NCBI RefSeq assembly: GCF_009914755.1
Contig: NC_060932.1
Direction: 5' to 3' (one strand)
Length of the DNA stretch: 64,000 nt
DNA from: the human T2T-CHM13v2.0 reference genome, Homo sapiens
This document shows, in pieces, positions 46,118-64,000 of this stretch. The translations under genes and the position numbers were made by a program. Below the pieces are notes generated by a model. That model did no database searches. It was not told the DNA's origin and worked only from the letters and a program-made list of their open reading frames with translations. Numbering within the stretch: the stretch's first letter is position 1; every line of letters begins with the position of its first letter.

Positions 46118-46415
46118 TTTTTTTTGAGACAGGGTCTTCTTGCTCTGTCCTTCAGGCTGGAGTGCAGTGGTGAAACCTTGGCTCACCGCAGCCTCCACCT
46201 CCTGGGCTCAAGTAATTATCCCACCTCAGCTGCCCAGCTGAGACCACAGGTGCGTGCTATCTATCACTCCTGGCTAATTTTTAAAAAATCATTTGTAGAG
46301 ACAGGGTCTCCCTATGTTGCCTAGGCTGGTCTCGAACTCCTGGGCTCCAGTGATTCTCCTGCCTTGGCCTCCCAAAGTGTTGGGATGTTTACAGGCATAA
46401 GCCAGAGCACCAGGC
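46118..46415 (-). mobile_element. AluJ-type SINE
   Basis: Reverse dimer. Confidence 0.9.
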
Positions 46416-47505
46416 CTAGCACTGTATTTACCTTCACACCATATCATCTGATACTTGCAAAAAATGGCTGTGAGGAGAACAGTACAGGTGATATTATTTC
46501 CTGATAAAGAGCAGAAAAATTGAGGCTCAGACTTGGGTCACCCAGTAGGTAGGTGGCACAGCCCAGACTTAAAGCTTGAGAATGTTAGTTTCCTTCTACC
46601 TACCCTTTAACTATACCTGCTACCCAGTGGTTTCAAACATGCATGACACAATCAGGAGTAAATAATATCTGTATCTAGATCCAGAAAAGCCCATTTGATG
46701 AGAGGCGAAAATAAGGTTAAAATATTATTTAATTTTAAAATTAAAAAAAAAAACAAATATGCTCCATTAAAAAGAAAATGTATTCACCTTTTGGTCACTG
46801 GTAATATCATTCCATTAGGTTTTCTCAAGGATTCTTAACGTCGCTCATCTTTTTTTAAGCACTCCTATGTCCCAGGCACTATCCTAGACTCTGGAAATAC
46901 AGACTCGTAAAAATACTCCAAAATCTCTACTCTCACTTGTTACATGCAGGAGAGAGGAGACAAAACAAGGCAGGAGCAAAATAATTTGTATATTTACTGA
47001 GACATAAAGGCTCCAGAGAAAAATTAAAAAGGGAAAAAAGCAAAGGAATGAGCGTGTGTATTGGGGAGCGAGGGGAAAAACGTAGGATGTTACTCGTTCA
47101 CCTTGCAAAGTTTATCATCCACATTCAACAGCTGTTAAATAAGTCATCAAAATACTAGATACGTGGGAAGAGAATTTACACACTCCTGACATTCCCATCC
47201 TCTCCTACTTCAAGAAACAAAATTACTCGATTCCTTGGCACCGCTGTTCAGAACCTCGATTTATCCATCAGACCTTGTTTCTTTAAAGCGTCAGGGCAAA
47301 AAGTTCGTTAACTGGTAATAATATCAGTTTAAAAGACAAAAATGAAAACAATCTGGCGCGCCTCCACTGCGCCGGTGCCCGGCGGCCACCGCCCTTCAAG
47401 TCGAAAGCAGATGCCTGACTCCGGTTTCTCGCTCACCCCAATCTCGGAGCTACCGGGGGCTCCCCTGTCACTCGGGGCCTGTGGTCTCCAGGCCGGCACT
47501 CCTCA

Positions 47506-48231
<726 letters not shown>

Positions 48232-48375
48232 TCACTTCCCATCCCACAGCCAGTACGCAGCCGCCGGGCCGCCCGGGGGAAAAAAAAAAAACACAACAGC
48301 TAGCCCGCAGCGGGGGCGAGCATGCGCACCAGGGAGACGACGCTCCCTGGTGCCGCGGCCGCCTCCGCGAGCCCA

Positions 48376-48393
48376 CAGCGCCACCTGGGGACC
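48376..48393 (-). promoter_or_regulatory. Candidate CTCF site
   Basis: Minus strand GGTCCCCAGGTGGCGCTG matches the CCACCAGGTGGCGC core at 12/14. Confidence 0.55.
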
Positions 48394-49937
48394 GGAGGCC
48401 GCTGGCCCGCGGCCGGGCGAGCGTGCAGGAATGTGAGCGGCGCTTCCCTGCTTCGCGCCGGGCCCGGGTTTGGGAGTCGTTTGAGGCGCGAGCTTCCTGC
48501 GCCTGCTCAGCAGCCTGAGGCCGCGGCCGGGTGCCCTCCTGCCCTCCTGGCCATCCAGGGATTGGGTGTCAGTGGCCTGTTGCACATTGTCACTTCTACA
48601 AGTGACTAACACCGTCAGGATAATCTAAAACTACGAATACTACCTGACTCCACAAGGGTACGGTGTATTCTCCAGTTTTAGCATCTGCCTTAAAAATTAC
48701 CTCAGAGTTAAGCACTGCTGGGGACTTATTTCTACTCTTGGTAAGTTTGGACTAACTTAAAAAAAAAAAAAGAGCTGACCCTATTCTGGTCTGCCTCTCC
48801 GTCCCCACCCCCATCCCCGTCCCCATCCCCACCCCTATCCCCCACTGGCCTCAGACTGAAGACGAAGGGATCAGTTTGGGTTTACTGGCTTCACATATAT
48901 TCAAATTAACAACATGTTTTAGTAATCTAAGGGAAATAGTAAAAGAGTTAAAAAGGATCGTGGATTAAGACACGTCCTCCTCTTATCGTTTTGCCCAAAC
49001 CTGGAGTCCTTTGTATTCTTTTTCCTGAAGAATTGCTCTCCTGTTTACCCATAAGCCAAATGTAGAAACCAAAGTCATGCTAGATTGAGCCCTTTCAGCG
49101 CCCTTCCACATCCAGTCATCACCAATTCGAGGCAGACCTATCACCCCGCTTCCCCACTACCGCAGTCCGAGGGTACTTGCCTCTTGCCTACAATATTACA
49201 ACTCTGGTGTAACCACTTAGTGGTTTAAGAATGTGGGTTGTTAAATCAGAATTCTGCCACTTATTACTTGTACGATCAAGGACAAGTTACTTAATCTCTA
49301 TGGGACCCGATTTCCTCATTTTTAAAAATGTATTCATTTATGTACTTACTGAGGGTTGACTGTGTCCTGGGCACTGGGGATACAGAACTGAAATACAAAT
49401 TAAATTATTCCTAGGGACTTATCATTCTAGTGTGGGAGAGAATCTTTAAACAAGATTTCAAAAGCGAAACAGATGTTAAATTGAGTTGAGCAACCAGGAG
49501 AAAAATAAAGCAAGGGGAATAGGAAAGTGCGAGGCACTTATACTTGCCTGAAGACCTGCAGGAGGTGAGGGAGCAAGCCCTGTGGATATCATCTATAAAG
49601 TGGGGATAACTATTGCTCATTTTAGTGATTAAATGAGATGATTGAAGGAAACTGCTTAGCGGGGAGTAAGGGCTTTATAAATTTAGTCAGGGATTATTCT
49701 TTTCCTCCTTCTGGGCAATCACTAGTTTCATTTCCCTTCAGATCACCTTTCAACGTTTATACTAGAATGATGCTTCTACTGGCAGAAAGTTTTTCAGCGG
49801 GTTCCCTTTCCCTTCATGGAAAGCTAGCATGATGAAATAGCCCTTTCTGATTTGGTCCTTGCCTACCCCAACAGACTGGAGCCCTGCATCTACAGGCCAT
49901 AATCTCTGTACCAGCATTATTGACTACACACACTATA

Positions 49938-50273
49938 CAGTTGCCTCTCCATATCTGTGGGTGCCGCATACACTGTGGATTCAACCAACCTGGAGTAAAA
50001 GATATTCAAGAAAAAAACTGCATTTGTACTGAACATCTACAGACTACCCCCCCATGATTATTCCCTAAATAATATAGTACAGCCAACTATTTATTTAGCA
50101 GTTATGTTGTGTTATTATAAGTAATCTAGAAATGATTGGAGGTCTGTGGGAGGATTTAGGATATTCTTTACCAGAATATTGCATCATCTTATATAAGGCA
50201 CCTGAGCATGGGTGGATTTCGGTATCCGCGGGGGCCCTGGAACCAGTCCCCTGTGAAGACTGAGGGACGACTG
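49938..50273. mobile_element. MER2-like (TcMar-Tigger) DNA transposon
   Basis: TA|CAGTTGCCTCTC ... GAGGGACGACTG|TA inverted termini with TA TSD; TGTGGATTCAACCAAC motif. Confidence 0.85.
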
Positions 50274-50479
50274 TACATGCCATGACATGCTCTCTTCCCA
50301 TGCTCTCCCCTGCCTTTGCGTGTACTGCTGTCTCTGTCTGGAATGTTTTCTCCTGTCCTTTCATAGACACAGCAGGCTCCTGCTGTTCCTTCATGTCTCA
50401 TTTACACATGACCTCTTCGAAAGCTTCACTGAATTCTGTGACCTAAGCAATTTATCTTTTATGATTCAATTGCATTTTT

Positions 50480-51810
<1,331 letters not shown>

Positions 51811-52099
51811 ACTCACTTGTATTTTGTACATAATTTCATTTTAGCAATAATCATACTATCTTCTATTGTTTGCAAGTCTGTCTTCCCACTAGACTGGTAC
51901 TCCTCAGGAACTGGGAGTTGTTTCATTTTTCCAGCTCCTACTACCTGGTGCTATACTGTCAAATATTTAGTGGTCATTATTTATTGAGGGAATGAAAAGA
52001 AAAAATACCTCACATAAATGAGAATAAAACCTTAAGATAGTTTAACCAAGAAACAAACATAAAAATGATATATGGCTCTACAAAGTTACTCATTTTAAA

Positions 52100-55500
<3,401 letters not shown>

Positions 55501-57748
55501 CCTGAGGTCTTTTAGGGGAATGTGGAGGTTTAATAATAATTTTAGCTTCTTTTTTAGGATTAGCCTCTTAAGTTTATAGTGAAAGGTGGCTGCCATTAAA
55601 TTCTCCAAGCGTAGGTCATGGTGGTGGGGAAAGTGGTCCTACCAAGACACATGGGCTCTGGAGGCCTCCCTTAGCAGATTTTTCGTTTTGTTTTGTTTTA
55701 GAATGGGGACCAGGCTGGTCTCAGAATCCTGGCCTCAAGCAATCCTCTTGCCTTGGCATCCCAAAATGCTGGGATTACAGGGATGAGCTATCCCACCAGG
55801 GACCCCTCAGGCAGATTGATTTCTTATGTGTGTTCAGCTCTGGAGGCCACATTCCAAGTAAGTTAAGACTTTGGCAAACATAGCCTGGATCCTAAAATTC
55901 TCAGGATTCTTTTAATGACTGTAGGACAGAAGGCAGCTTTTTGGGATTAGATCTATCCAGGAAAATTTGTGGTACAAGGTTGCTGTAATTATGAGAAATA
56001 TAAAAGAACAGAAATATGATCTTTGCCCTCAATGAGGTTGTGTTTATGTGGCCTTACAAGACATGTATAAGAATGAAAAACCTGTTCTGAGATGATGTGA
56101 AAGTAGGTACAAGAAATTACCTAATAGAAATAAGTTAGAACTAAAATGGGACTGTTTGATTTCAACCTCTCCTTGGGGACAAATTGATGAAAAGTAAGAA
56201 ACGAATGTTTGTTACATGCTTATTAAATTCCAGGCATTTTGCCTTTACATATATCATTTGGTCTTCACATAAATCTTATAAAATAGGTGTTGTTGTCTTT
56301 ATTTAAAGACAGAGAAGCTGAGGCTCAGAGATGTTAAGTAATTTGCCCAAGGTCATAGGTCCAGGTATCTGTATGCCTGCCAAACCCATTCTTTTTGATG
56401 TTTTTTGAGACAGGGCCTCGCTATGTTGTCTAGGCTGGCCTTAAACTCTTGGGCTCAAGAGAACCTCCCAAGTAGCTGGAACTACAAGTGTGCATCGCTG
56501 TGCAGCAAAGAAACCCATTCTTGTCTCATGTAAACAGTCCTGCAGGGTCTGTACTTGCCAGGAAGACTCTGACTCTTCAGAGAGCAGTGATTCTCAATCT
56601 TATCTCATTGCTGATCTATTCAAGAGACTGGTTGCTGCCTATGTAGAAACACAAAGCCCATGAAAAAGACCCCAACAGATCATTTTTCTGTTTACATGCT
56701 ATTGTTATATCATTTACAGTGAGTTTAAAAATATAAAATCGTACTCATCTGGTGAGAAGGAAATTGTATTTTCATGAGGAAGCAAAACCACTTCATTAAT
56801 ACTTGGAAATTATATGATTTCCTTGAGTATACACTTCGCTGCTATGGAAACGAGAAAACAAATTTATAAAACAGTGTTGCTACTAGTATGTAAGACTGGC
56901 AGGAGATGGCATGTCACATTTAGAGGTAGATCTGGCAATTCGGAGAGAGCTGGTTGGTAATGGCTACGAAGATTCTGTGACCCATCTGACCACTACTTAG
57001 GTGTCTCTCTAGGGGTAGAATGTAATCCTGTGACCTATAGAAGCTTAAGGAGCCCAAGCACAAGGTGGACTTTCTCACCCTATTTAACCAAGCACATCAG
57101 GGCCTGAGTACTACTTCTCTGATGAAAGAGAGCCCAGTTTCAGTAAGTGGTGAATGCAAAGTGAAAAATGGAAACAGGAAGTAGAGAGAATATTTTCAAG
57201 AAGTTTAACTTTGAAGGGGAGAAGAGAGCAGGGTGTGTAAATAAAGAGGAATAACGGAGTCAAGGTAGGTTTTGTTTTTGTTTTTTGAGTGATGTCACAG
57301 TTGAGCATGTTTATTAATAGATGGTAAGGAGGGGAGAGATGAACAGGCTGAAGACAGGGGGAAGAGGTGGGCAAAATGATGGACAGAGGTTTCTAAACTT
57401 TGGAATCCACTAGAACTTTACATAGGAAGGGACACTTCTTTTTACACCAAAAGGATGGAGGTAGGAGGAGAGGCTAGTAGAGACAGGGCAGTCACAGAAT
57501 GACAGTGGATGTTCTTCCATGTGGATGGTGAACTCAGGAAGGGCACTGCAAGGAGAACTGTGAGCCAAGTTTCTGTTTTGAATTGTTAAAAATAAAAACT
57601 ACAGGCAAAATACATTTAACAGAGTTTACTTGAACATTAAAGGTTTCACGAAGTAGGCAGCACTCAAAACCAGAAGAGGTTCACAGAATTGTGTTTCAGC
57701 CGTGTGAGCAGCAGGCTTTTATAGGCTGAACAAGTAAAGAAATTACTT

Positions 57749-58045
57749 GGCTAGGCACAGTGGCTCACACCTGTAATCTCAGCACTCTGGGAGGCTGAGG
57801 TGGGCGGATCACCTGAGGTCAGGAGTTCGAGACCAGCCTGGCCAACATGGTGAAACCCCATCTCTATTAAAAATACAAAGATTAGCTGGGCGTGGTGGAG
57901 CGCATCTGTAATCCCAGCTACTCAGGAGGCTGAGGCAGGAGAATCGCCTGAACCCAGGAGGCAGAGGTTGCAGTGAGCCAGGATTGTGTCACAGCACTCC
58001 AGCCTGGGTGACAGAGTGAGACTCTGTCTAAAAAAAAAAAAAAAA
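57749..58045 (+). mobile_element. AluS-type SINE
   Basis: Full dimer; TSD AAAGAA(A)TTACTTG. Confidence 0.93.
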
Positions 58046-58203
58046 GAATTACTTGATTGGGTCCAGCTAAACATTTCCCTTATTTGGGTACAATCTGTTG
58101 GAAGTCCTTAGAGGTAAGTTGGTGGTTTGTGATTGGTTAAGCTTAAGTGTCTGTTTACTGTTTCTATTGAACTGGGTTTTAGTTTGTTTGTGTAGGAGCC
58201 TAA

Positions 58204-58641
<438 letters not shown>

Positions 58642-61600
58642 TAGGGGGCAGTGAATGGTTTGGAGAGGGAGAAGGCTATTAGCCCCACCTCAAGACATAC
58701 AAAGTTTGACAGAGGAAAGATGTTCATTTAAGAGGGCTGAAAGGGATTGGTGTTTTGAGGGGAGAGCCTGGTATATAGTTAAAGCAACTGGTGAGAGGGA
58801 ATGTTTGGTGCAGTGGCAGAAGTTGTAGGAAGTTTATTTATAATGGAATGAATTATATTAGTTATAACTCTTTTAGTTGCAAGTGACTGAAATGGGAATA
58901 TAGTGAACCAAAAGTTAAGAGAGTCAAAAGAAAAGCTTCAGGAGCCAGGGTGCATTGTGGATCTTAGGAAATAGAACCAGGCACTTGACTTCATTAGATT
59001 CTCTCTCTACCTTTCTCTCTCTCTTTATTTTTCTTTTGTCTTCTGTTTCAGCTTGGCTTCACTTTTTCCTGTTGTAAATGGACTTTATTTACATGGCAGA
59101 GAACATGGTCACTTGCTGGTTCTATCAGAACAATTCCAAGGAAAGACCTAAAGTAGGCTGGTTTAGGTTGCATGATCATTTCTGGGTCAATTATTGTGGC
59201 CCATCTTGGCCACATGCTTTTCCTTGTGGGTAGGGTTAGTTTAGTACCAGAAGGTGTGGAGGAACAAGTACTAGACAAGTAGAATCACCGTTGATGTCCT
59301 AGAGAACATGGTGTAAAGGATCTGGAGGTACAGGAACAGTGCGAGGTGGTTGGATCAGGGAAGAAAAATCCAACAGTAATGTGAATGTTAGTGAATGAGA
59401 AGAATGGATGGAGTGACTTGTATTTGAGGCAATGGCCAAGGACTGTGGGCATATCTAGTAGGGTGATTTCTAAAATAATTTCAGCAATCACAGATAGAGG
59501 AAGGACTTCAGTTTGAATTTGTTGTACTTTCAAGAGGGTTCTAGTTCTTAGGAACAGACAGGAAAATGGTGACAGGTAATTGGTTCCTGGGAGGCTGGCA
59601 CATTCTGGAGACAGCAGCAGTTTCTGGGGATGCTTCATAAGGCTATTATGCACTGACATCTGCCACGGACCACCAAGTAGAACATTTTCACCTGATGAGA
59701 ATTAAACATTGACAACATCATTTTGTGCAAAATGCCTTCCCCAAATTAGAAGGACTTATGCCTCAGGGAATTTGTGACTGATGGAACTGAATAGATATCT
59801 TGTAGCCATCAAAAACTGGTGTGTGGCTCAGTGCCTAGTAGAACCCAGGTCTTGGGGTGATGGCCAAGGATTCTTTGGAGCTCCTTCCTTGCTTGCATCA
59901 GTCCATGTGTTCCAAGACAAAGCTTATGGCACAAATTAAAACTATAACATATACAATTCTTTGCAGTTCCCAAAGCGCTTTTGATACACATTACTAATTT
60001 TAACTTTATATAAATCTAGAACATAATGTTATCCCTGTTTCAAATGAGGAGATAGAGGCTCAGAAAAATAACTTAAGGTTTTACAACTAAGTTTTAACTC
60101 CCAGGATGAAGAATGTGAATTTTAGCTTATAAAATTATGGTCAGATTATACTAAAGACTAAATATGGTACTTTGTGGCAATTAATTGGTATAAGTCAAAG
60201 TGAAATAATCATAAGGGAATATGTGAATGTACTGTTAACAACATCAAAATAAAATTAATATTTATTGGATGCCAAGCACTATGCCTAACACTACAAACTA
60301 CTTATTTAATAGTGACAACAACTCATTGAGTCAGATCCTATTACCATTGCTTTTCTACAGATGAAGGCTGATTAGACAAATATTACTAAACTGTTAATAC
60401 CACCACCATGATAAATGGAAACAGGAATAGGCTGCATACAGGGAAATCAACTAATAGTAGTTGATTTTAATTAGGAAATGAGCACTAGGCTAGGGAAAGA
60501 AGAGAAAGGAATAAATCCTTGAGTCTGTCTAAGACAAATGATAGGTTTTCTCCCTGTGAAGCAAACCACTTTTATTTCTTAGGCCATTTATCCCTCCTTC
60601 TGAGTATCACTTATACCAATCAGCATTTTCTTTGGTTTTCGATCTGCCTTCAAACTACATCCTCAAATTGTAGCATAAATATTTCCCAGTTAAGTGGAGT
60701 GGGGCTAAAAAGAAACAAAGGTGACAAAGGACTAATTCAGCTTGGGACATGGGAGAATGGTAATGCCATTTACCCACATGGTGTGTAGGGAAAGGGAGGT
60801 AATCAGGAAATTGTTCAGTAAGCTGAAAAGTTTGGTTTTAGGTGCACTGGGTTTCTTCACATGCATGTCTGGTCTTTGGGAGACAGCCAAATAAAGGATC
60901 CCTACAGACAGCAAAAGATTCAGGCCTGGGGCTTTGGTGAGTGATTCAAGCTAATCACACATTTGGAAATTATTCAGCATGGTGGTAATGTTAACACCAC
61001 CAAAATGGATTAGCACGTTGACGTGGTGAATAAAAAGAAAGAACAATGCATTTAGTCTTGGGGGTGTCCATATGAAAGAGGCTTAAGGGGGATCAGGAAT
61101 TTAATTACGTATCTGTCATTTTAATAGCAAATTTCAGAGTCCTTTTCAAATGATAAGTTTCCCATAGTCTCCATAAAACTGAATGAGGAAATTTTTAAAA
61201 GTCCATAATATTCTTTTACTCTATAATCCTAGTAACTTATTTATTTTAGGCTTAAATGCTATTGCAAGGAATGTGCTGGTCTAAAAGACAGTACTATTAG
61301 GTTATTTCCTCCCATTTTGAAATGTATTAAAAACATACTAAATGAGCCAAGTAATATAATAGGGAAAGAAATGGAGAATAATTACATTAAATAACTGAAT
61401 TCCAAGAATAATTGCTGTAAGACTAGCTTCCAGGAAGCCAAGGCAAAAAGTGATCATGGAGAATTAACTAGATATTATCCCATGTAGAGTTTTGGAAACA
61501 TGGCTAATTATCAGTATCACAAGGGCTGTCCCTCACCAGGAGAGTCCAGTGAATGGTCTTACAGCTGAGAAGCTGTGTTGTTTTAATTTAAAAGTTCCCC

Positions 61601-61802
61601 AGGAAATTCTGAGAATTAATCAGATTTGACAAGCACTACTCTAATAAAGGAAACATAGAAGTTCACAGGAGAGACAAACTTTTTTTCTAGCTCTGAAATC
61701 AGAAAGAGATTTTGTTCCATTGACATTGAAGAACATTCGATAATAAAACAGACAATGTCCTCAATGGAATTTAAAAAAAACAGGTAAGATTTTATCTGTC
61801 TA

Positions 61803-62110
61803 TTTTTTTTATTTTTAATAGAGACAAAGTCTTGGTGTCACCTGGGCTGGAGTTCAGTGATGCTAGTTGTGGCTCACTGTAGCAAACTCCTGGGCTGAAG
61901 TGATCCTCCTGCCTCCGCCTCCCAAGTAGTTAGGACTACAGGTGTGCACCACCATGCCCAGCTAATTGTGCCTGGCTAATTTTTAACTTTTTTGTAGAGA
62001 CCAGTATCGCAATGTTGTCCAAGCTAGTCTTGAATTCCTGGCCTCAAGCCAACCTCCTGCCTTTTGCCTCCTAAAGGTCTGGGATTGCAGGTGTGTACCA
62101 CCACACTCAG
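61803..62110 (-). mobile_element. AluJ-type SINE
   Basis: Diverged reverse dimer. Confidence 0.88.
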
Positions 62111-64000
62111 ACTTATATGTCTGTGTCTTTATACTGACTTTTGACAAAATAAAAGCCACCAACATAATATTAAATTACAATTCTGTTGCTGTAGTAAAAG
62201 AATCATCTGGGCCAGTTGAAAAAACTGTACTCCTTTGGGGCCCAGAAATTTGCATTTGTAATAAGCCACCAATTGACAGTGATACAAATGGTCCAGGAAC
62301 GCATTTTTACACTGAGAGAATGGATGGTTAACAACAGTCCTTAGCATTTTAGGTTTAGATATCAAATGTTAAGGTATACCATTTGTAATAGACATTTTCA
62401 CCATTTTTGAAAACTGAAGCAGGGTTAATCTACTTCTATAAGCTGGGAAGACTTCTGTGGTATAAAACCAGAACACTTCTGGTAAAACTTTTCTTCAACA
62501 CTCAGGAAAATATTAAAAGCATGGGTTGCTTTATATGCCACTAGAGTAGATATTAGTCTCACTCTAAAAAGAAGAAATTCATACTCAATGGATTAAAACC
62601 TTTTAAAATCATGGGATAAAACATGGGAAAACAAATTTACTAGTCTTTTGGTAGAGATGCACTTTACTCAAAACATTAAAGAGCCAAAGACATCACTGTG
62701 TTAATACAACCATATGTAATATAAGGTCATATATATGGTCCTGAATTGCTGCAACCCAACATATTTGGAAACATCTGATTTGTAGCAACACGATTTTCAA
62801 GATTGGTCTTTATTTTCAAATACATCAGGAAAAAATATTCTTAAGGGGAGTGCTTCTTTGTGGTCATAGTCATCTCATACTTCTTAAAAACACTAGTAAA
62901 AATAAGTAGGGGAGTCTGCCATATAAATGTTGCATTCCTACAGATTTAGTAGTAACTTGACCACACACAGAGAAAATGTGGTGTTGGCTGAAGACTGAGG
63001 GATAGAGGCAGGGTCCTTTTTCTCTTTACTAGTTATCGAATCTAGTTACTAGTTACTGAATCCTAAATTCAAGTCAACTCTCAGTGAGAGAAACTTGAAC
63101 TATCATAGATTTTTTAATACTCTAATATATTGTGACTAAAAAACAAAGGTGGGATCTACCATAGACATATAAATAGCACCCTGCTGGATTCAGGTAACTT
63201 TGGATCTAGTTCCCTTTAGATGGTTTTCATACTGCAGTAAAGGTCATAGAAGTCTGAATCCAGTTCACCTTAATTCTCTAGGTCCTTTAGTCTAGATACT
63301 AAGTGCAGGATTTCTTTTTAGGGAAAACTTTGTACTTCAGAATAGCATCCATGAAATAATATGAATTTGAAAATTCCTATTTTTAAACCTAAGTGAGCAA
63401 TAAATAAGCATGTACCTTTCGTTGTTTCCAATTCCTGATAGCTTTTGCAGGATAAAAATTCTAGGGCAAAAATGCTTATTCCACTGAACTAAAAAGTTGG
63501 AACCCATCCATTGCATACTATCAGTATTTTGACATTAAAAATTTAAATTTTTACCAAACTAATAAATAGACGTAATTTAAATATTAAATAGTAACAGCAG
63601 GAAAAACATTTCTCCATTCTCTCTCCTCCCAGTCCCACACTTCCCAAAGGCAATGACTAAACTCTTTTAGACATTTTTTTCTAGTATTAACCAATAAAAC
63701 ACTTCTACTACTTCTTGATTTGCCAATTTTAGGCTTTATTGACTTTCTATTATCATAGGTGATGATTTAGTATTCTTAACTTCCCACTTCCTATCTCCTG
63801 TTATCCTGTATCACCATTTTTTGGTCAGTGTTTACACTATTTCCTAAGAAAAGATGCAGAGGCAGAAAGTATTTCATGATTATTTCCTTCCTTGCACTAC
63901 TTTAGTTTTCTGGAATAAACAATTGTCTCATATTTTCTACCTGCGTAGTTTTCTATGAACTCATTATTTCAATTGTTCATCTAGAGCTGTTGTATGACCA

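Overview
Primate (almost certainly human, given an AluYb8-type 7-bp duplication at the left edge) genomic DNA containing the complete TRAM1 gene on the minus strand. I reconstructed 11 coding exons by hand from GT/AG boundaries: 123+64+122+117+59+85+71+105+144+161+74 = 1125 nt, or 374 aa plus stop (ATG at 48105, TAA at 14864-14866). The gene has a CpG-island promoter at about 47.35-48.56 kb and a 3'UTR of about 1.5-1.7 kb. The rest is mostly nested transposon debris: a near full-length L1PB inside an older L1, a 5'-truncated L1PA with a perfect 15-bp TSD, a MER52-type solo LTR inside an Alu, Tigger/MER DNA elements, L2/MIR and more than 20 Alu/FLAM/FAM copies. Nearly all ORFs in the supplied track are repeat-derived or spurious. 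I found no evidence of a new multi-gene biological system. The best second-look items are a tailless 36-nt U2 snRNA retrocopy, a FLAM-U13 snoRNA composite, an inverted duplication inside the LTR, a strong-Kozak uORF upstream of TRAM1, and an unexplained dual-ORF segment in intron 6. Repeat family names come from recalled consensus sequences and need RepeatMasker/Dfam confirmation.
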